In this document: positions 39,430-53,474 of the stretch, piece by piece
Numbering within the stretch: position 1 is the stretch's first letter
Layout of the letters: every line of letters starts with the position of its first letter
Assembly (NCBI RefSeq): GCF_009914755.1
Contig: NC_060937.1
Direction: 5' to 3' (one strand)
From: the human T2T-CHM13v2.0 reference genome, Homo sapiens
DNA: 64,000 bases
The notes under the pieces: generated by a model
What the model saw: only the letters and a program-made list of their open reading frames with translations
The model's database searches: none
Told to the model about the DNA's origin: nothing
Made by a program: the position numbers and the translations under genes

Positions 39430-40303
39430 CTTTGTGGTTTTATCTACTTTTGGTCTTTGATGATGGTGATGTACAGATGGGTTTTCGGTGTAGATGTCCT
39501 TTCTGGTTGTTAGTTTTCCTTCTAACAGACAGGACCCTCAGCTGCAGGTCTGTTGGAATACCCTGCCGTGTGAGGTGTCAGTGTGCCCCTGCTGGGGGGT
39601 GCCTCCCAGTTAGGCTGCTCGGGGGTCAGGAGTCAGGGACCCACTTGAGGAGGCAGTCTGCCCGTTCTCAGATCTCCAGCTGCGTCCTGGGAGAACCACT
39701 GCTCTCTTCAAAGCTGTCAGACAGGGACACTTAAGTCTGCAGAGGTTACTGCTGTCTTTTTGTTTGTCTGTGCCCTGCCCCCAGAGGTGGAGCCTACAGA
39801 GGCAGGCAGGCCTCCTTGAGCTGTGGTGGGCTCCACCCAGTTCGAGCTTCCCGGCTGCTTTGTTTACCTAAGCAAGCCTGGGCAATGGCGGGCGCCCCTC
39901 CCCCAGCCTCGTTGCCGCCTTGCAGTTTGATCTCAGACTGCTGTGCTAGCAATCAGCGAGATTCCGTGGGCGTAGGACCCTCCGAGCCAGGTGTGGGATA
40001 TAGTCTCGTGGTGCGCCGTTTCTTAAGCCGGTCTGAAAAGCGCAATATTCGGGTGGGAGTGACCCGATTTTCCAGGTGCGTCCGTCACCCCTTTCTTTGA
40101 CTCGGAAAGGGAACTCCCTGACCCCTTGCGCTTCCCAGGTGAGGCAATGCCTCGCCCTGCTTCGGCTCGCGCACGGTGCGCACACACACTGGCCTGCGCC
40201 CACTGTCTGGCACTCCCTAGTGAGATGAACCCGGTACCTCAGATGGAAATGCAGAAATCACCGTCTTCTGCGTCGCTCACGCTGGGAGCTGTAGACCGGA
40301 GCT
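39430..40303 (-). promoter_or_regulatory. L1HS 5'UTR: internal sense promoter, antisense promoter and CpG island; YY1 site absent
   Basis: CpG-dense 39850-40300; the element begins at AGCTCCGGTCTACAG and CAAGATGGCCG is missing. Confidence 0.92.
39885..40100 (+). CDS. LINE-1 ORF0 (primate antisense ORF), 71 aa
   Basis: MAGAPPPASLPPCSLISDCC...RCVRHPFL; ATG at 39885 in a strong Kozak context (gcaATGg). Confidence 0.9.
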   Translation: MAGAPPPASLPPCSLISDCCASNQRDSVGVGPSEPGVGYSLVVRRFLSRSEKRNIRVGVTRFSRCVRHPFL

Positions 40304-40556
40304 CGAGAACTACTTTTTAATGTAGGTTTTTACAGCTACAAATTTCTTTCTGACCACCACTTTTGTTGCATTTCGTAAGTTTTGGTATGCTGTGTTTCAT
40401 TTTCATGGCACACAATGTTTAATATATATATAAAATATATCTAGATATATATATGTCTATTAGATTATCTCTAGTTTCATTGCATTTATATACACTATCC
40501 ATGAAAAATCATGTAATAACATCTTGTATCTTTGAACTAATTTATTAGTTCTAATA

Positions 40557-40582
40557 GTGTGTGTGTGTGTGTGTGTGTGTGT
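40557..40582. repeat. (GT)n microsatellite
   Basis: About 13 GT units. Confidence 0.9.
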
Positions 40583-42091
40583 CTTAGCACTTTCTATGTA
40601 TAAGATCATATCGTCTGCAAATAAAGATATTACTTTGTCTTTTTCCACTGGATATCTTTTATTTCTTTTTCTTGACTACTTTGGGTAGAACCTACAATAC
40701 CATTTTGAATAGAAGGGGTGAAAGCAGACGTCTATGTCTTATTCCTGATCTTAGGGGAAAGGCTTTTAGTCCTTCGACATTACGTATGATGTTGACTGTA
40801 GATTTTGCTCCTTTATTAGGTTGAGGACGAAGTTCCCTTCTATTCCTGGTTGGTTGTTTTATGATGAAAGGCTGTTGGAAGTTTTTCAAATGCTTTTTCT
40901 TAGTCTATGAGATGATCACATAATTTTTGTTCTTTATGAATTTTCACAAGTATTTCACTTTAGAAATAAGTCCTACTTGGTCAGTGTGTATAATTATTTT
41001 TATTTCTTGCAGATTTAGTTTGTTACTATTTTGTTGAGGATTTTTGCATTTATATTAATAAAATATATTGGATATAGGTTTATTTTCCTGTGATGTCATT
41101 GCCTGGTTTGCTATCAAGGTAATGCTGGCTTCATAGAATTAAGTTGGGAAGTGTTTCCTCCTCTTACATTTTGGAAGAGGTCATGAAGGATGGATGTTAA
41201 TTTTTCTGTAAATGTTTCGTAGAATTTACTCACAGAGTCTTCAGTTCTGGGCTTTTCTTTTTTGGAGGTTTTTGGTTACTGATTTAATCTCTTTACTTAT
41301 TATAGGTCTATTCAGATTCTCTATTTCTTCTTGAGTCAGTTTTGGTAGTGCATTTCTAGGAATTTGTCCATTAGTAGGCTATCAAATTTGTTGACACACA
41401 ATTGCTTACAGTAACCTCTTTTTATCCTTTTTATTTCCGTGGTGTTAGTGGTAATGACCCCGCTTTCATGTCTGATTTTAGGAATTTGAATCTTCTTTCT
41501 TCTTCCTCATTCTAGATACAAGTTAGTAAATTTTGTTGATCTTGTCAAAGAACTAACTTTTGGTTTTGTTAATTTGGGTTTCACTTTCTCTTCTTTTTCT
41601 AGTTTCTTAAGGTAGAAGGTTGGGATATTGATTTGAGATCTACTTTTTAATGTAGGTTTTTACAGCTATAAATTTCTCTCTGAGCACTGCTTTTGTTGCA
41701 TCCCATACATTTTGGTATGTTGTGTTTCATTTTCATTTATCTTAAGGTATTTTCTAATTTTTATTGTGATTTATTCTAAAACCCATTGGTTATTTTGGAG
41801 TATGTTGTTTAATTTCGACATATTTGTAAATTTCCCAAATTTCCTTTTGTTACTGACTTATAGTTTGGCACCACTGTAGTCAGAGAGCATTGTTTGAATT
41901 AAATTATGTTAAATTTATTGAGTCTTGTTTTATGGCTTGACATAGTTTATCCAGGAGACTGTTCTACTGCCACTTGAGAAAATATATATTCTGTTGTGGT
42001 TGTGTGGAGTATTCCATTGATGTTTATTATGTCTAGCTCACTTATTTTATACACAGACACACACATTATATATATAATATATAAAATATTT

Positions 42092-42384
<293 letters not shown>

Positions 42385-42801
42385 TATATATATATAATTT
42401 AAAAATATGTATATAATATATATATTTTTATATAATATATTATATATATTATATAAAATATAATATATATATAATATAATATATATTTTATATAGTATAT
42501 ATAATATATTATATCTATTATATATTTTATATAGTATATATAATATATTATATCTATTATATATATTATATAATATATTTTATATAGATATATATAATAT
42601 ATTATATAATATATATAATATAGTATATATTATATATAATATAGTATATATTATATATAATATAGTATATATTATATATAATTATTATACATATTATATA
42701 TTATATATTATATAATTTATATAACTATATTATGTAATATATATTATAGTTATATATTATATAATATAAAATAGTTTTATAAATATATTTATATATATAA
42801 T
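42385..42801. repeat. Long interrupted (TA)n / AT-rich low-complexity tract
   Basis: About 415 bp almost exclusively A/T, with recurring ataatatagtatatattatat units. Confidence 0.95.
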
Positions 42802-43804
42802 TGCCATAGCCCTTGTTACTTCCTAAGAGACTAAAGCAAATTAAGGTATTTGGCCTCTTGTCCTTGGTTCCTTAAGCAGCTTTGGAGTGCCTCAGAGTAA
42901 TAAAGGTGAAAGAGTCTTTTGTTATAATGTTGGGGTGCTTTATGCCTCAGAGGAAGACCTTGGAAAGCAGAATCTCTCTCTGACCTTCTGCCTTCCTTTC
43001 GCCTGTCCTTTATTCTCTCCAAGGGAGTAATCTTTCCCCACCTTTCCATCTTGTAGCTGACCATGAAGAAGTTATCTGCTCTACCTTGGTTGATTGTGGG
43101 TCATAAGACCCTTATTTCAGAAAGGGTTCTGCCCTATGATGCACAGAGAGGCCAAGAAGAATCTGAACACACAGACCTGCCTGGGTTTGCCCACTTAGTC
43201 TGTTAGTATTAGATCATAACTTTTTGTTCAATCACATTTCTACCTGGTTGTCTGTGCTTCAATTGTGCCTTTCTAATGAAGTCTCCATAAAAGAGGCAGG
43301 AGGACAGAGTACGAGGAGCTTCCAGACAGCTGAACATATGGAGGTTCCTGGAGAGTGGCATACCGGGGGAGGGCATGGAAACTCCACACCCTTTTCTATA
43401 CCTCACCCTATGCATCTCTTCATCTTTATCCTTTATAATATCCTTTATAACCAATTGGTAAATGAAAGTGTTTCCCTGAGTTCTGTAAACCACTTTAGCA
43501 AACTAATGAAACCCAAGGAGGAAATTGTGATAACCCTGATTTATAGCTAGTTGGTCAGAAGCACAGATCAAAAACAACCTGGGGTTTATGATTGGCATCA
43601 GAAGTGGGGGGCTGTCTTGTAAAACTGAGGCCTCAAATTGTGGGATCTGATGCTATCTCCAGGTAGATAGTGTCAGTATTGAACTGAAGGACACCCAGCT
43701 GGTGTCTGCTGCAGAACTGATTGCTTTCTTGCTGTGTGGGGGAAAAAACTTCATACATTGTATTATGAGAACAGAAGAAATGCAGTTTGTGCTTTTACTT
43801 CACA
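42802..43804 (+). mobile_element. MER21-family LTR
   Basis: ccatagcccttgttac...gtcttttgttataatgttgggg...gaatctctctctgaccttc...gaggttcctggagagtggc...gacacccagctggtgtctgc. Confidence 0.75.
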
Positions 43805-43979
43805 GTAATATTGTTCAAGTCTTCTGTTTCCTTGTTGATGTTCAGTCTAGTTGCTTTATCTGTTATTGAAAAGTGGGTTATTTTTATCTCCAACTGTGAT
43901 TGTTGAATTGCCTGTTTCTCTATTCAATTCCATCAATCAGTTTTTACTTCACGCATTTTTGGGCTTTGTTGTTAGGTGC

Positions 43980-44344
43980 TATCTTTGTGCTGCTGTAACA
44001 AAGTACCACACACTGGATAATCTATAAATAATAGAAATTTATTTCTTACAGTCCTGGAAGCTGGGAAATCTAAGATCAAGGTGCTGAAAGGCTGCATGTC
44101 TGGTGAGGGCTGCTTTCTGCTTCCATGATAGCGCCATATTGCTGCATCCTCTGGAGGGAATGAATGCTGTGTCCTCAACATTGCTCTCATTATCTTGGAT
44201 CCCTTTTATAATGGTGCTAATCCCACTTGTGACGGTTGAGGTGACTTAATCACCTCCCAAAGGTTACAGCTGTTAATACTGTTGAATTGGAGGTTAAGTT
44301 TCAACATGAATTTTGAAGGGGACACCACCATTCAAACCTTAGCA
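43980..44344 (-). mobile_element. MaLR solo LTR (MLT1A/MSTC-like)
   Basis: gctgctgtaacaaagtaccacacactgg...tctggtgagggc...tttcaacatgaattttg...ttcaaaccttagca. Confidence 0.75.
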
Positions 44345-44394
44345 GGTACACATATGTTTTAATTGGTATATCTTCTTGATGGATTGATCTCTCC

Positions 44395-44698
44395 TTTTTT
44401 AAAGGGACAAAGTCTTGGTTCTTGCTCTGTTGTCCAGGCTTGACTGTAGTGGCACAACCATGGCTCACTGCAGCCTTGACCTCTTGGGTTTAAGTGATCC
44501 TCCAACCTCATTCTTCTGAGTATAGGACTACAGGCAAACAACACCATGCCCAGCTAATTTTTAAATTTTTTTTCTAGAAATGGGGTCTTGCTATGTTATC
44601 TTGGCTGATCTCAGACTCCTGGGCTCAAGGAATCCTCCTGCCTTGGCCTCCCAAAGTGCTGGTGTTGGGATTACAGACATGAACCACCACACCCAGCT
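44395..44698 (-). mobile_element. AluJ
   Basis: ctcactgcagccttgacctcttggg...ctcctgggctcaaggaatcctcctgccttggcctcccaaagtgctgg. Confidence 0.85.
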
Positions 44699-45572
44699 GG
44701 ATTGACCCTTTTAACATTATAAAATGTCCTGTGTTGCCTCTAGTGCCAAATTTTGTTTTAAAGGTCTGTTTTGTCTCATATTGGTATACCCACTCCAACT
44801 CTCTTTTGATTATCATTAACCCAGCATATTTTCTTCCATCCTTTTTCTTTCAACCTATTGTGTCTTTAAATCTGAATTTTGCTTCTTTTCAATAGCATAT
44901 ACTTGGATCATATTTGGTTTCTTAAAAAATCTATTCTTCTAATTTTTATGTTTTGATTGGACTGTTTGGTCCATTTATATTTAACGTAATTACTAGTAAA
45001 AGAGTTTTTGACTGCCATTTTAAAATTTATTTTCTTTGAGTCTTACATCATTTTTGTTTTTCTGTTTCTCCATCGCTAACTTCTTTTGTGTTAAATAGAT
45101 ATTTTCTAGTATGCCACTTTATTTATTATTTTCCCCATGTGTTTTTATTTTCTTAGTAGTTGCCCTGAAGATTATAATAAAATCTTAATTTAAGACAATC
45201 TAATTTGGGTTAATATCAACCTCATTTCACTAGTCTAGAAAAATTTTCCTCCATTATACTACATTTCCTCCTTCCTTTTGTACTTTGGTTGTCATACAAA
45301 TTACATCTTTGTAAATTATAGGCCTAACAAGATAGCTTTATAATTATTGCATTGTGCATTTATCTTTAAATCAGGAGATAAAAAGCTCAAACCAAAACAT
45401 GTTTATGCTGTCTTAGTATTATCCACATAGTGTCCTTCTCTGGTGTCCTTCATTTGTTAACTTAGACGTTAGTTACTGTCCCATCATTTCATCCTGAAGA
45501 ACTCCTTTTAGTATTTCCTGTAGGTCAGATCTGCTAGTGATGAATTTTCTCATTTTTTGTTTAACTCCTTCA

Positions 45573-45871
<299 letters not shown>

Positions 45872-47085
45872 TGATACTACACAATATTAATGTGGATGTG
45901 AAGACATAGTCACTCTCATTCACTGCTAACGAGAGTACAAATTGGTAGAGCTGTTTGGAAGGCAATCCGTCAGGATCTAACACAATTTCAAATGCACGCC
46001 ATTCTAATGCAGCATTTTCACTTCTAGAAATGCAGGCTGCAGAATATTTTCACATACACAAAAGTACACGCACAAAAGTGTATATGCTGCTTATTGCAGT
46101 ACTGCTTGTGAGAGTAAAAATCTATGGACCTGAATGTCCGTAGTAGAGAGAGAGGGGGAGAGAGAGAGAGTGTGTGTGTGTGATGTGTGTGTGTAAAGAG
46201 TGATGGAGAGAAAAAAGAGGAGACTGTAATAATTGAATATTCAAATTGCTTTGCAATTACTTGGGTAATGACCTTTTTTCTTTTACTTTTTTTTTTTTTT
46301 GTGACAGGACAGCTTGGCTTTGTGGGTAAATATACCACAAGAGGGCTTTTATGTTTTATAACATATACTTCTGTACTGTTTACACTTTCCAAGTCATTTA
46401 AGACAACAAAAAAAGCAGGCTGCAGTATTGTGTAATGTGGTCTCATTTGTGTAAAATAAGTCTACAACACAAACAGGTACATATCTGTTACATATTATAA
46501 ACATCTAAGAAAAATACACACTGAACTGTGAACAGTGGCTGCCACCTGGAAGTGGTGGGAAAGGAGACTGAGGGATCTTAACTTACCTACTACAGTTCTG
46601 TTTGATGTTGCTACAAGCTTGGAGCTTTAGCAATTTATAAAATGAGTAAATGAATAGGCACTTGCCAATAAAGGGAACGAGAGAGAAAGGCAGTAGCTTT
46701 CAAACTCAGAGGGGAGAAAAGGAGGTGTTTTTAAGGCTGGGGTAGTGTGAGCAGACAGAAGAGGAATGGCTGCAAGGCGGTGGAGAATGCAGGGAATCAA
46801 TGCTGCCACATCCTACAAGGGGGTGGGGGAGAATGCACTCAACTGCACAGTGGAGGAGAGATGTAAGGAACAGAGAGTGAGAAGAAATGACGATTTTGAC
46901 ACTGGCTATCTGTGAGAAAGCAGACAAGAGTTGGTTAGCAGCTACTAAGGGCAGAGGGTATTGATTAAATACTATAAGAAATTGAAGAAATTCTCATTTT
47001 TAGATGTGTACTCCTAATCTCTATTGGTGATGCTATTTCTGTAAAAACCAAAATTTTTTTTCAGTTAGCAATATGTTCTTTAAAT

Positions 47086-47606
47086 CAGGGGTCCCCAGTC
47101 TCCAGGCCACGGACCCGTCCATGGCCTATTAGTAACCAGGCCGCACAGCAAGAAGTGAGTGGTGGGCGAGTGAGTGAAGTTTCACCTGTATTTATAGCCA
47201 CTCCCCATTGCTCACATTACCACTTGAGCTCCACCTCCTGTTACATCAGCAGCATCATTAGATTCTCACAGGAGCGCAAACCCTATTGTGAGCTATGCAT
47301 GAGAGCGATCTAGGTTTCATGCTCTTTATGAGAATCTAATGCCTGATGATCTGTCACTGTCTCCTGTCACCCCCAGAAGGGACTATTTAGTTTCAGGAAA
47401 ACCAGCTCAGGGCTCCTACTGATTCTATATTATGGTGAGTTGTATAATTATTTCATTATATAATACAATGTAATAATAATAGAAATACAGTGCACAATAA
47501 ATGTAATGCACTTGAGTCACCCTGAAACCATCCTCCCTACCCTGTCCATGGAAAAATTGTCTTCCATGAAACAGGCTCCTGGTGCCAAAAAGATTTGGGA
47601 CCGCTG
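47086..47606 (+). mobile_element. MER1A (hAT-Charlie)
   Basis: Termini caggggtcccca...tgggaccgctg; 8-bp TSD ctttaaat/ctttcaat; 521 bp. Confidence 0.88.
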
Positions 47607-48446
47607 CTTTCAATTATGGCCACATGCCACTTGTACCTCAGCTACTGTGACTCATAATGACTGACCCTTCAAAGCAATGTAATCTCTGTATCATTTTCTT
47701 TTTCTGCAGTAGGGCTTGGGATTAGCCATTGCCATAGAATGGAGTGAATAACAGAGAAGAGAAACTGTGACTAATTTAAGAGTGATAATCATACAATTGC
47801 AATTTGGAGAAGATTGACCTGAAAGAACTGCAGAGGAAGCATGCTCTTTGTGTAAGAAATCCTTAAATTCCACACAAAATCTATATAGTCTTCCTGGACA
47901 TGATGCATAAGGAAATCCTAAGACTGCATGCCGAGTTTAACCAATTAAACTGGAATAAACTGGAATGAATTTGCATTTGGGAAGTAAAACACTATCCAAG
48001 GGGCATAAGAACAGCTGGGCTCCTACTGAAGGAGACACATATGGTGTTCATTGTGGGGTTTTGCTTCTTATTCCCTTTGAGTAAGAATAAAATGATCTTA
48101 TTTTTTGCTCTTCAAAAATCTTCTCTGGTTATTTTTCTGGTGTCATTGGCTGGCATATTCCGATCCATAGGAAGAAGAAGGGAGCAGAGATGAAGTCTTC
48201 CTCTCCTACTGCCTCTGGGCAGAGGTGAAGAACTTTTGAAGGCATGCACCATGGGGTTATGAGACCCACTCAGCTAGACATATGTTTTGGAAGATATGTG
48301 TGTTACAGCAGCTTCTTAGGTAACTAACTAGTAGCGAAAGCCTTGCACTTTGGGGACTATTTTGTTCTTATATGTATCTGTTCAACCACAAACAGGCATA
48401 ACTTGATTCTCTAAAAAAGTGGACATTTGAGGTTCTAAACTAGGGA

Positions 48447-48590
48447 GAGCCAGTCGAGGTGGCAGGCGTCTGTAGTCCTAGCTAATTGGGAGACCAAGGT
48501 GAGAGGATCACTTGAGTCTAGGAGTTCAAGACCACTCTAGGTGACAAAATGAAACCACTGTCTCAAAAATAAATAAGAAAAATTTAAAAA
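48447..48590 (+). mobile_element. Alu monomer (FLAM-like)
   Basis: gccagtcgaggtggcaggcgtctgtagtcctagcta...ggatcacttgagtctaggagttcaagacc with A-rich tail. Confidence 0.7.
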
Positions 48591-48715
48591 TAAAATTTCA
48601 ATGAGAAGAACTCAGTGAGTCTCTATTAAGCAAATCTGGATATCAGTGCATATCAAAGCACTAAATATTTGAGGTGTATCTTGCAGGAACCTAATACATA
48701 AAATTAGTAATCTTG

Positions 48716-49085
48716 TGTATTATCTGTTTTCACACTGCTGTAAAGAACTACCTGAGGCTGGGTAATTTATGAAGAAAGGAGGTTTAATTGACTCACAGTT
48801 CTGTGGACTTAATAAGAAGCATGACTGGGAGGCCTCAGGAAACTTACAATCATGGCGAAAAGTGAAAGAGGAAGCAAGCGCCTTCTTCACATGGTGGCAG
48901 GAGAGAGAGAGAGTGAAGGGGGAAGTGATACACACTTTTAAACCATCAGATCTCATGAGAGCTCAATCACTATCACAATAATAGCAAGGGAGAAATCTGC
49001 CCCCATGATCCAATCACCTCCCACCAGGCCCCTCCTCCAATTCGACATGAGATTTGGTCAGTGACACAAATCCATATCATATCAC
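48716..49085 (-). mobile_element. MaLR solo LTR (MSTA/THE1D-like)
   Basis: tgtattatctgttttcacactgctgtaaagaactacctgag...ggcctcaggaaacttacaatcatggcg...catatca; TSD (t/c)cttg. Confidence 0.85.
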
Positions 49086-49144
49086 CTTGATAATGAAGAC
49101 ATCATATTGCCTAAAATTTTAGAGTCATAGTGGATTATCCTTCC

Positions 49145-49427
49145 TTTTTTTTTTGATACGGGATCTCACTCTGTAACCCAGCACAGTGACACAGTCTTGG
49201 CTGACTGCAACCTCTGCCTCCCAGGCCCAAGATGGGACTTGAGCCTACCTCAGCCTCCCAAGTAGCCGACACAGGCAACCACACTGGGATAATTTTTTGT
49301 AATTTTTGGTAAAGATGGGGTTTTATCATGTTGCCCAGGCTGGTCTCAAATTCCTGGATTCAAGCGATCTGCATGCCTTGGCCTCCCAAAATGCTGGGAT
49401 TACAGGCATGAACCACCACACCTTGCC
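49145..49427 (-). mobile_element. AluJ
   Basis: Diverged dimer; ctcaaattcctggattcaagcgatctgc. Confidence 0.8.
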
Positions 49428-49567
49428 TATCTTTCCTTTTAAAAGGTAGATTTTCAGGTAGAAATTTGCTTCTATGAAAGGCGTGAATCTGAAAACTGTT
49501 CTACCAATAGATGGTAACAATTTACTTTGAGATTTTGACATGTCCTCTGACTCTCTAGGCTTCAGTA

Positions 49568-49937
<370 letters not shown>

Positions 49938-50861
49938 TAGTTTCTAATGTCCATTCCAGCTTAAAAAATTTTATTTCAATAGCTTTTGGGATACAAGTGA
50001 TTTTGGGTTACATGGATTAATTATATAGTGGTGAATTCTGAGATTTTACTGTCCTTCCTTGATGAACTTGATCTTGTATGTGAGCCGAGCATAGCAAATT
50101 AAGCAACACAATTTTATTCAACAGAATTGTGACAATGAAAAGTAATATTGGCAAAGGCTCAGTTCTGGAAGCATTCTCATGTATTGCTGGTAGATGTTTG
50201 AACTGTACAAGTGTTTTCGGAAAGCAGTCTGACAGTATTTATTACACTGATTAACTCATATGTCATGAAAAAGCAGCACACCAGCGGGTGCAGGCAGAAA
50301 GTGCCCCCTCCCATGGGCACTTCAAAGCTGTCTTATGGTTTCCTTTTTTGTCTCCACCTAAAATCCCAGGCAGTGTACATAACCTTTCCCATCACTATTA
50401 GGTTTTTAGAAATCATCACTTTTATTCACAAAACAGTCTCATGTTGACATTTGTAATGTCCAGTCCTGGTGTAAACATCAAAACTCTGGGTTCTACTTGC
50501 AGCTTCTCCCAGCCCAGGCTGGTGCTGGCCAGAGACAGAGAGTGGGCTTGCTTCTCCACTCCTGCAGCCTGGCCCAGGTTTCTGATGCCTCTGGATTAGG
50601 AAGTCAGGAAACGATTTGCTTGTTTGGGACAGTTATGAGCTGGGGTTGGACACACTTTGGATTCTGTGGGTCTTTAGAGTCAGCTTCACCCCACCCCCCA
50701 AAATACCTTTTCCTTGGGGTTTTACCACTAGGAGCCCCCAGTTGCTATTTCTGTGATGTGCCAAGTGCTGCCTACATGGCCACTTTTAATTTCTTTCTCT
50801 GCATATATGGGGTTTTCCAGAAACACTCCCTGTATTTGGATCCATCTCTCTCCAAGAACTT

Positions 50862-51512
50862 ATTTTTTTTTAGTTTCCAACTTTTAGTTTAAGTTCTGGG
50901 GTACATGTGCAGGATGTGCAGGTTTGTTACATAGGTAAATGTGTGCCATGGAGGTTTACTGCACAGATCAACCCGTCACCTAAGTATCAAGCCCAGCATC
51001 CATTAGCTATTCTTCCTGATGCTCTCTCTCCCCCCACCCACCTTTCCAACAGGCCCCAGTGCGTGTTGTTCCCCATCCCCCACAATGTGGTCTCATCATT
51101 CAGCTCCCACTTATAAGTGAGAACATGCAGTATTTGGTTTTCTGTTCCTGTGTTAGTTTGCTGAGGATAACGGCTTCCAGCTCCATCCATGTCCCTGCAA
51201 AGGACATGCTCTCATTCCTCTTTTTGGCTGCATAGTAGTCCATAGTGTATATGTAGCACATTTTCTTTTTGCAGTCTGTCATTGATGGGCATTTGGGTTG
51301 ATTCCATGTCTTTGCTATTGTGAATAGTGCTGCAATGAACATATGCATGCACGTATCTTTATAATAGAAAGATTTGTGTTCCTTTGGGTATATAAGTAGT
51401 AATGGGATTACTGCGTCTTATGGTATTTCTGCTTCTGGGTCTTTGAGGAATCGCCACACTGTCTTCCAAGATGGTTGAACTAATTTACACTCCCATCAAC
51501 AGTGTAAAAGCG
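50862..51512 (-). mobile_element. 5'-truncated old L1PA 3' end (PA11-PA13 range)
   Basis: ORF2 C-terminus [19 protein letters not shown]...FSLISGS plus L1PA 3'UTR. Confidence 0.85.
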
Positions 51513-52172
51513 AGGAACCTCTTGAGTAAGATTCACAATTGCTCCAGGCCACCTCTGTCCTGCATAGACTACTTCTAGTCCACAGGAAGCACCCACAGTT
51601 TCCTGTCCCCTGCATCAGTGGAAGTGTGGTGCAGGCCAATACAGTTTTTCACTTTGCTGCCTTAGGGGACTGCAGTCAGCCCCTCACCTGGAGAATTATT
51701 TTGGGGGCAAGAGTTAGAAACCCTTTATTGTGATCTCAAACTTCAGGGGACACATCTGTAGTTCTCCCTATGGTCTCCTGAAGCTCTTCTCACCAGTTTG
51801 AGATGGGGGGAAAGGGCCCTCCTCCCTGCCTCCTTGGGCCATGAGAAGGAAACTGCCACAACCCTCCAAGAACTCTCTCCAAAAAAGCCTCCCTCAGCCC
51901 CAGCCTCTTCTACCCTCTGGCTCTTAAGTGGGTGTTGCCCTCTGGCTTTTGAAACCAGCTGTTAATCCATCCTTTGAAAGCTGCATATTCTGTTGCAGGA
52001 CCCTGTGGAATGGGAAAAGCATCACCACTTCTTTACTCTGACTCCTGGAACCTCAGGTTAGAATTGAGCCTTGTTTTGCATCTTGTTAATTTAGATTCTC
52101 CTTACTCAGTCATCCCACTTTTTTCAGAATCTATTTTATAAAAATAAAAGTACTGGTATACAAAGATATTTA

Positions 52173-52489
<317 letters not shown>

Positions 52490-52490
<1 letters not shown>

Positions 52491-52500
52491 AAGAAAGAAA

Positions 52501-52552
<52 letters not shown>

Positions 52553-52567
52553 GAAGAAAGGAAGAAA

Positions 52568-52609
<42 letters not shown>

Positions 52610-52712
52610 AATAAAGAAAGAAAGAAAGGAAGGAAGGAAGGAGGAAGGAAGGAAGGAAGGCAGGCAGGCAGGAAGGAAGGAAGAAAAAGAAAGAAAGAAA
52701 AGAAAAGAGAAA
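52490..52712. repeat. Compound (GAAA)n/(GGAA)n polypurine tract
   Basis: About 220 bp of near-pure purine expanded from the Alu tail. Confidence 0.95.
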
Positions 52713-52888
52713 GCAAGCCTAACTCTCCATCTATAAAGGAATGGTGGATGTGCAATTAACCCATGGTGTGTTCATACAATGGACTATTAGGCAGCTATTA
52801 CACACAATGAGTTACACTATCTGTATTACCTGGAAGGATATTAATTATATACTAGTTGCAGAGAATAAAAGAAATTGCAGAATAATGT

Positions 52889-53474
52889 TGTTTGAAATGC
52901 TTGTTCCCCAGTGCTGTAAAGAAACAGCACTTGAACATTAAATTTAATTTGCTCGGCAAGGCCATTTTTATACTTTCTGCAGAAAGGGTACACTCGCCAG
53001 CAGTTTTGCCATGAGAGTACACTGAACAAAGGAGACAGGGTCATTTATAACCTGATGTGTCCACTCTACTGCTGTGTCTGGTTTCCATTGGCTGGAACAG
53101 GACCTCACATTCTGTATTTGTCCCGATTGGCTAGCAACTTACAACTTTTTAAAAGAGGCAAAGGTAGAGGAGAACAAAGGAAGGAGGAAGTAACTTGTGG
53201 AATGCTGAGAAAGGTAAAAACACCTTCAAATAAGGAAGAGGAACAGGCTATGACCTAATGCTGGCTTGGACTAGTATAAGCATGACAGGACAAATATTTA
53301 AGCTAAATTGTGGGAGCTAAGAACTAAAGAACGTTGATTTCTTTATCATGGCTAGCAGATATTTAAGAATGTTAGCACAGGTCTTTGAATAAATTTTGCT
53401 TCTAAAAGAAGTTACTATTTATTCCTAATTAAATGGAAAGTCTTTGAAGAGGAACCTCTACTTTACTTTTTACA
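52889..53474 (-). mobile_element. Solo ERV1 LTR, LTR10 family (LTR10C-like)
   Basis: Minus-strand start TGTAAAAAGTAAAGTAGAGGTTCCTCTTCAAAGAC; TG...CA ends; 586 bp; 4-bp TSD atgt at 52885-52888 and 53475-53478. Confidence 0.8.

Noticed and set aside
39816-39884. N-terminal extension of ORF0 in the ORF track (94 aa)
   Set aside because: It starts at TTG; the established ORF0 start is the ATG at 39885.
42430-42700. Repeat-spacer-like pattern
   Set aside because: Low-complexity TA repeat with no unique spacers and no cas genes, in eukaryotic DNA.
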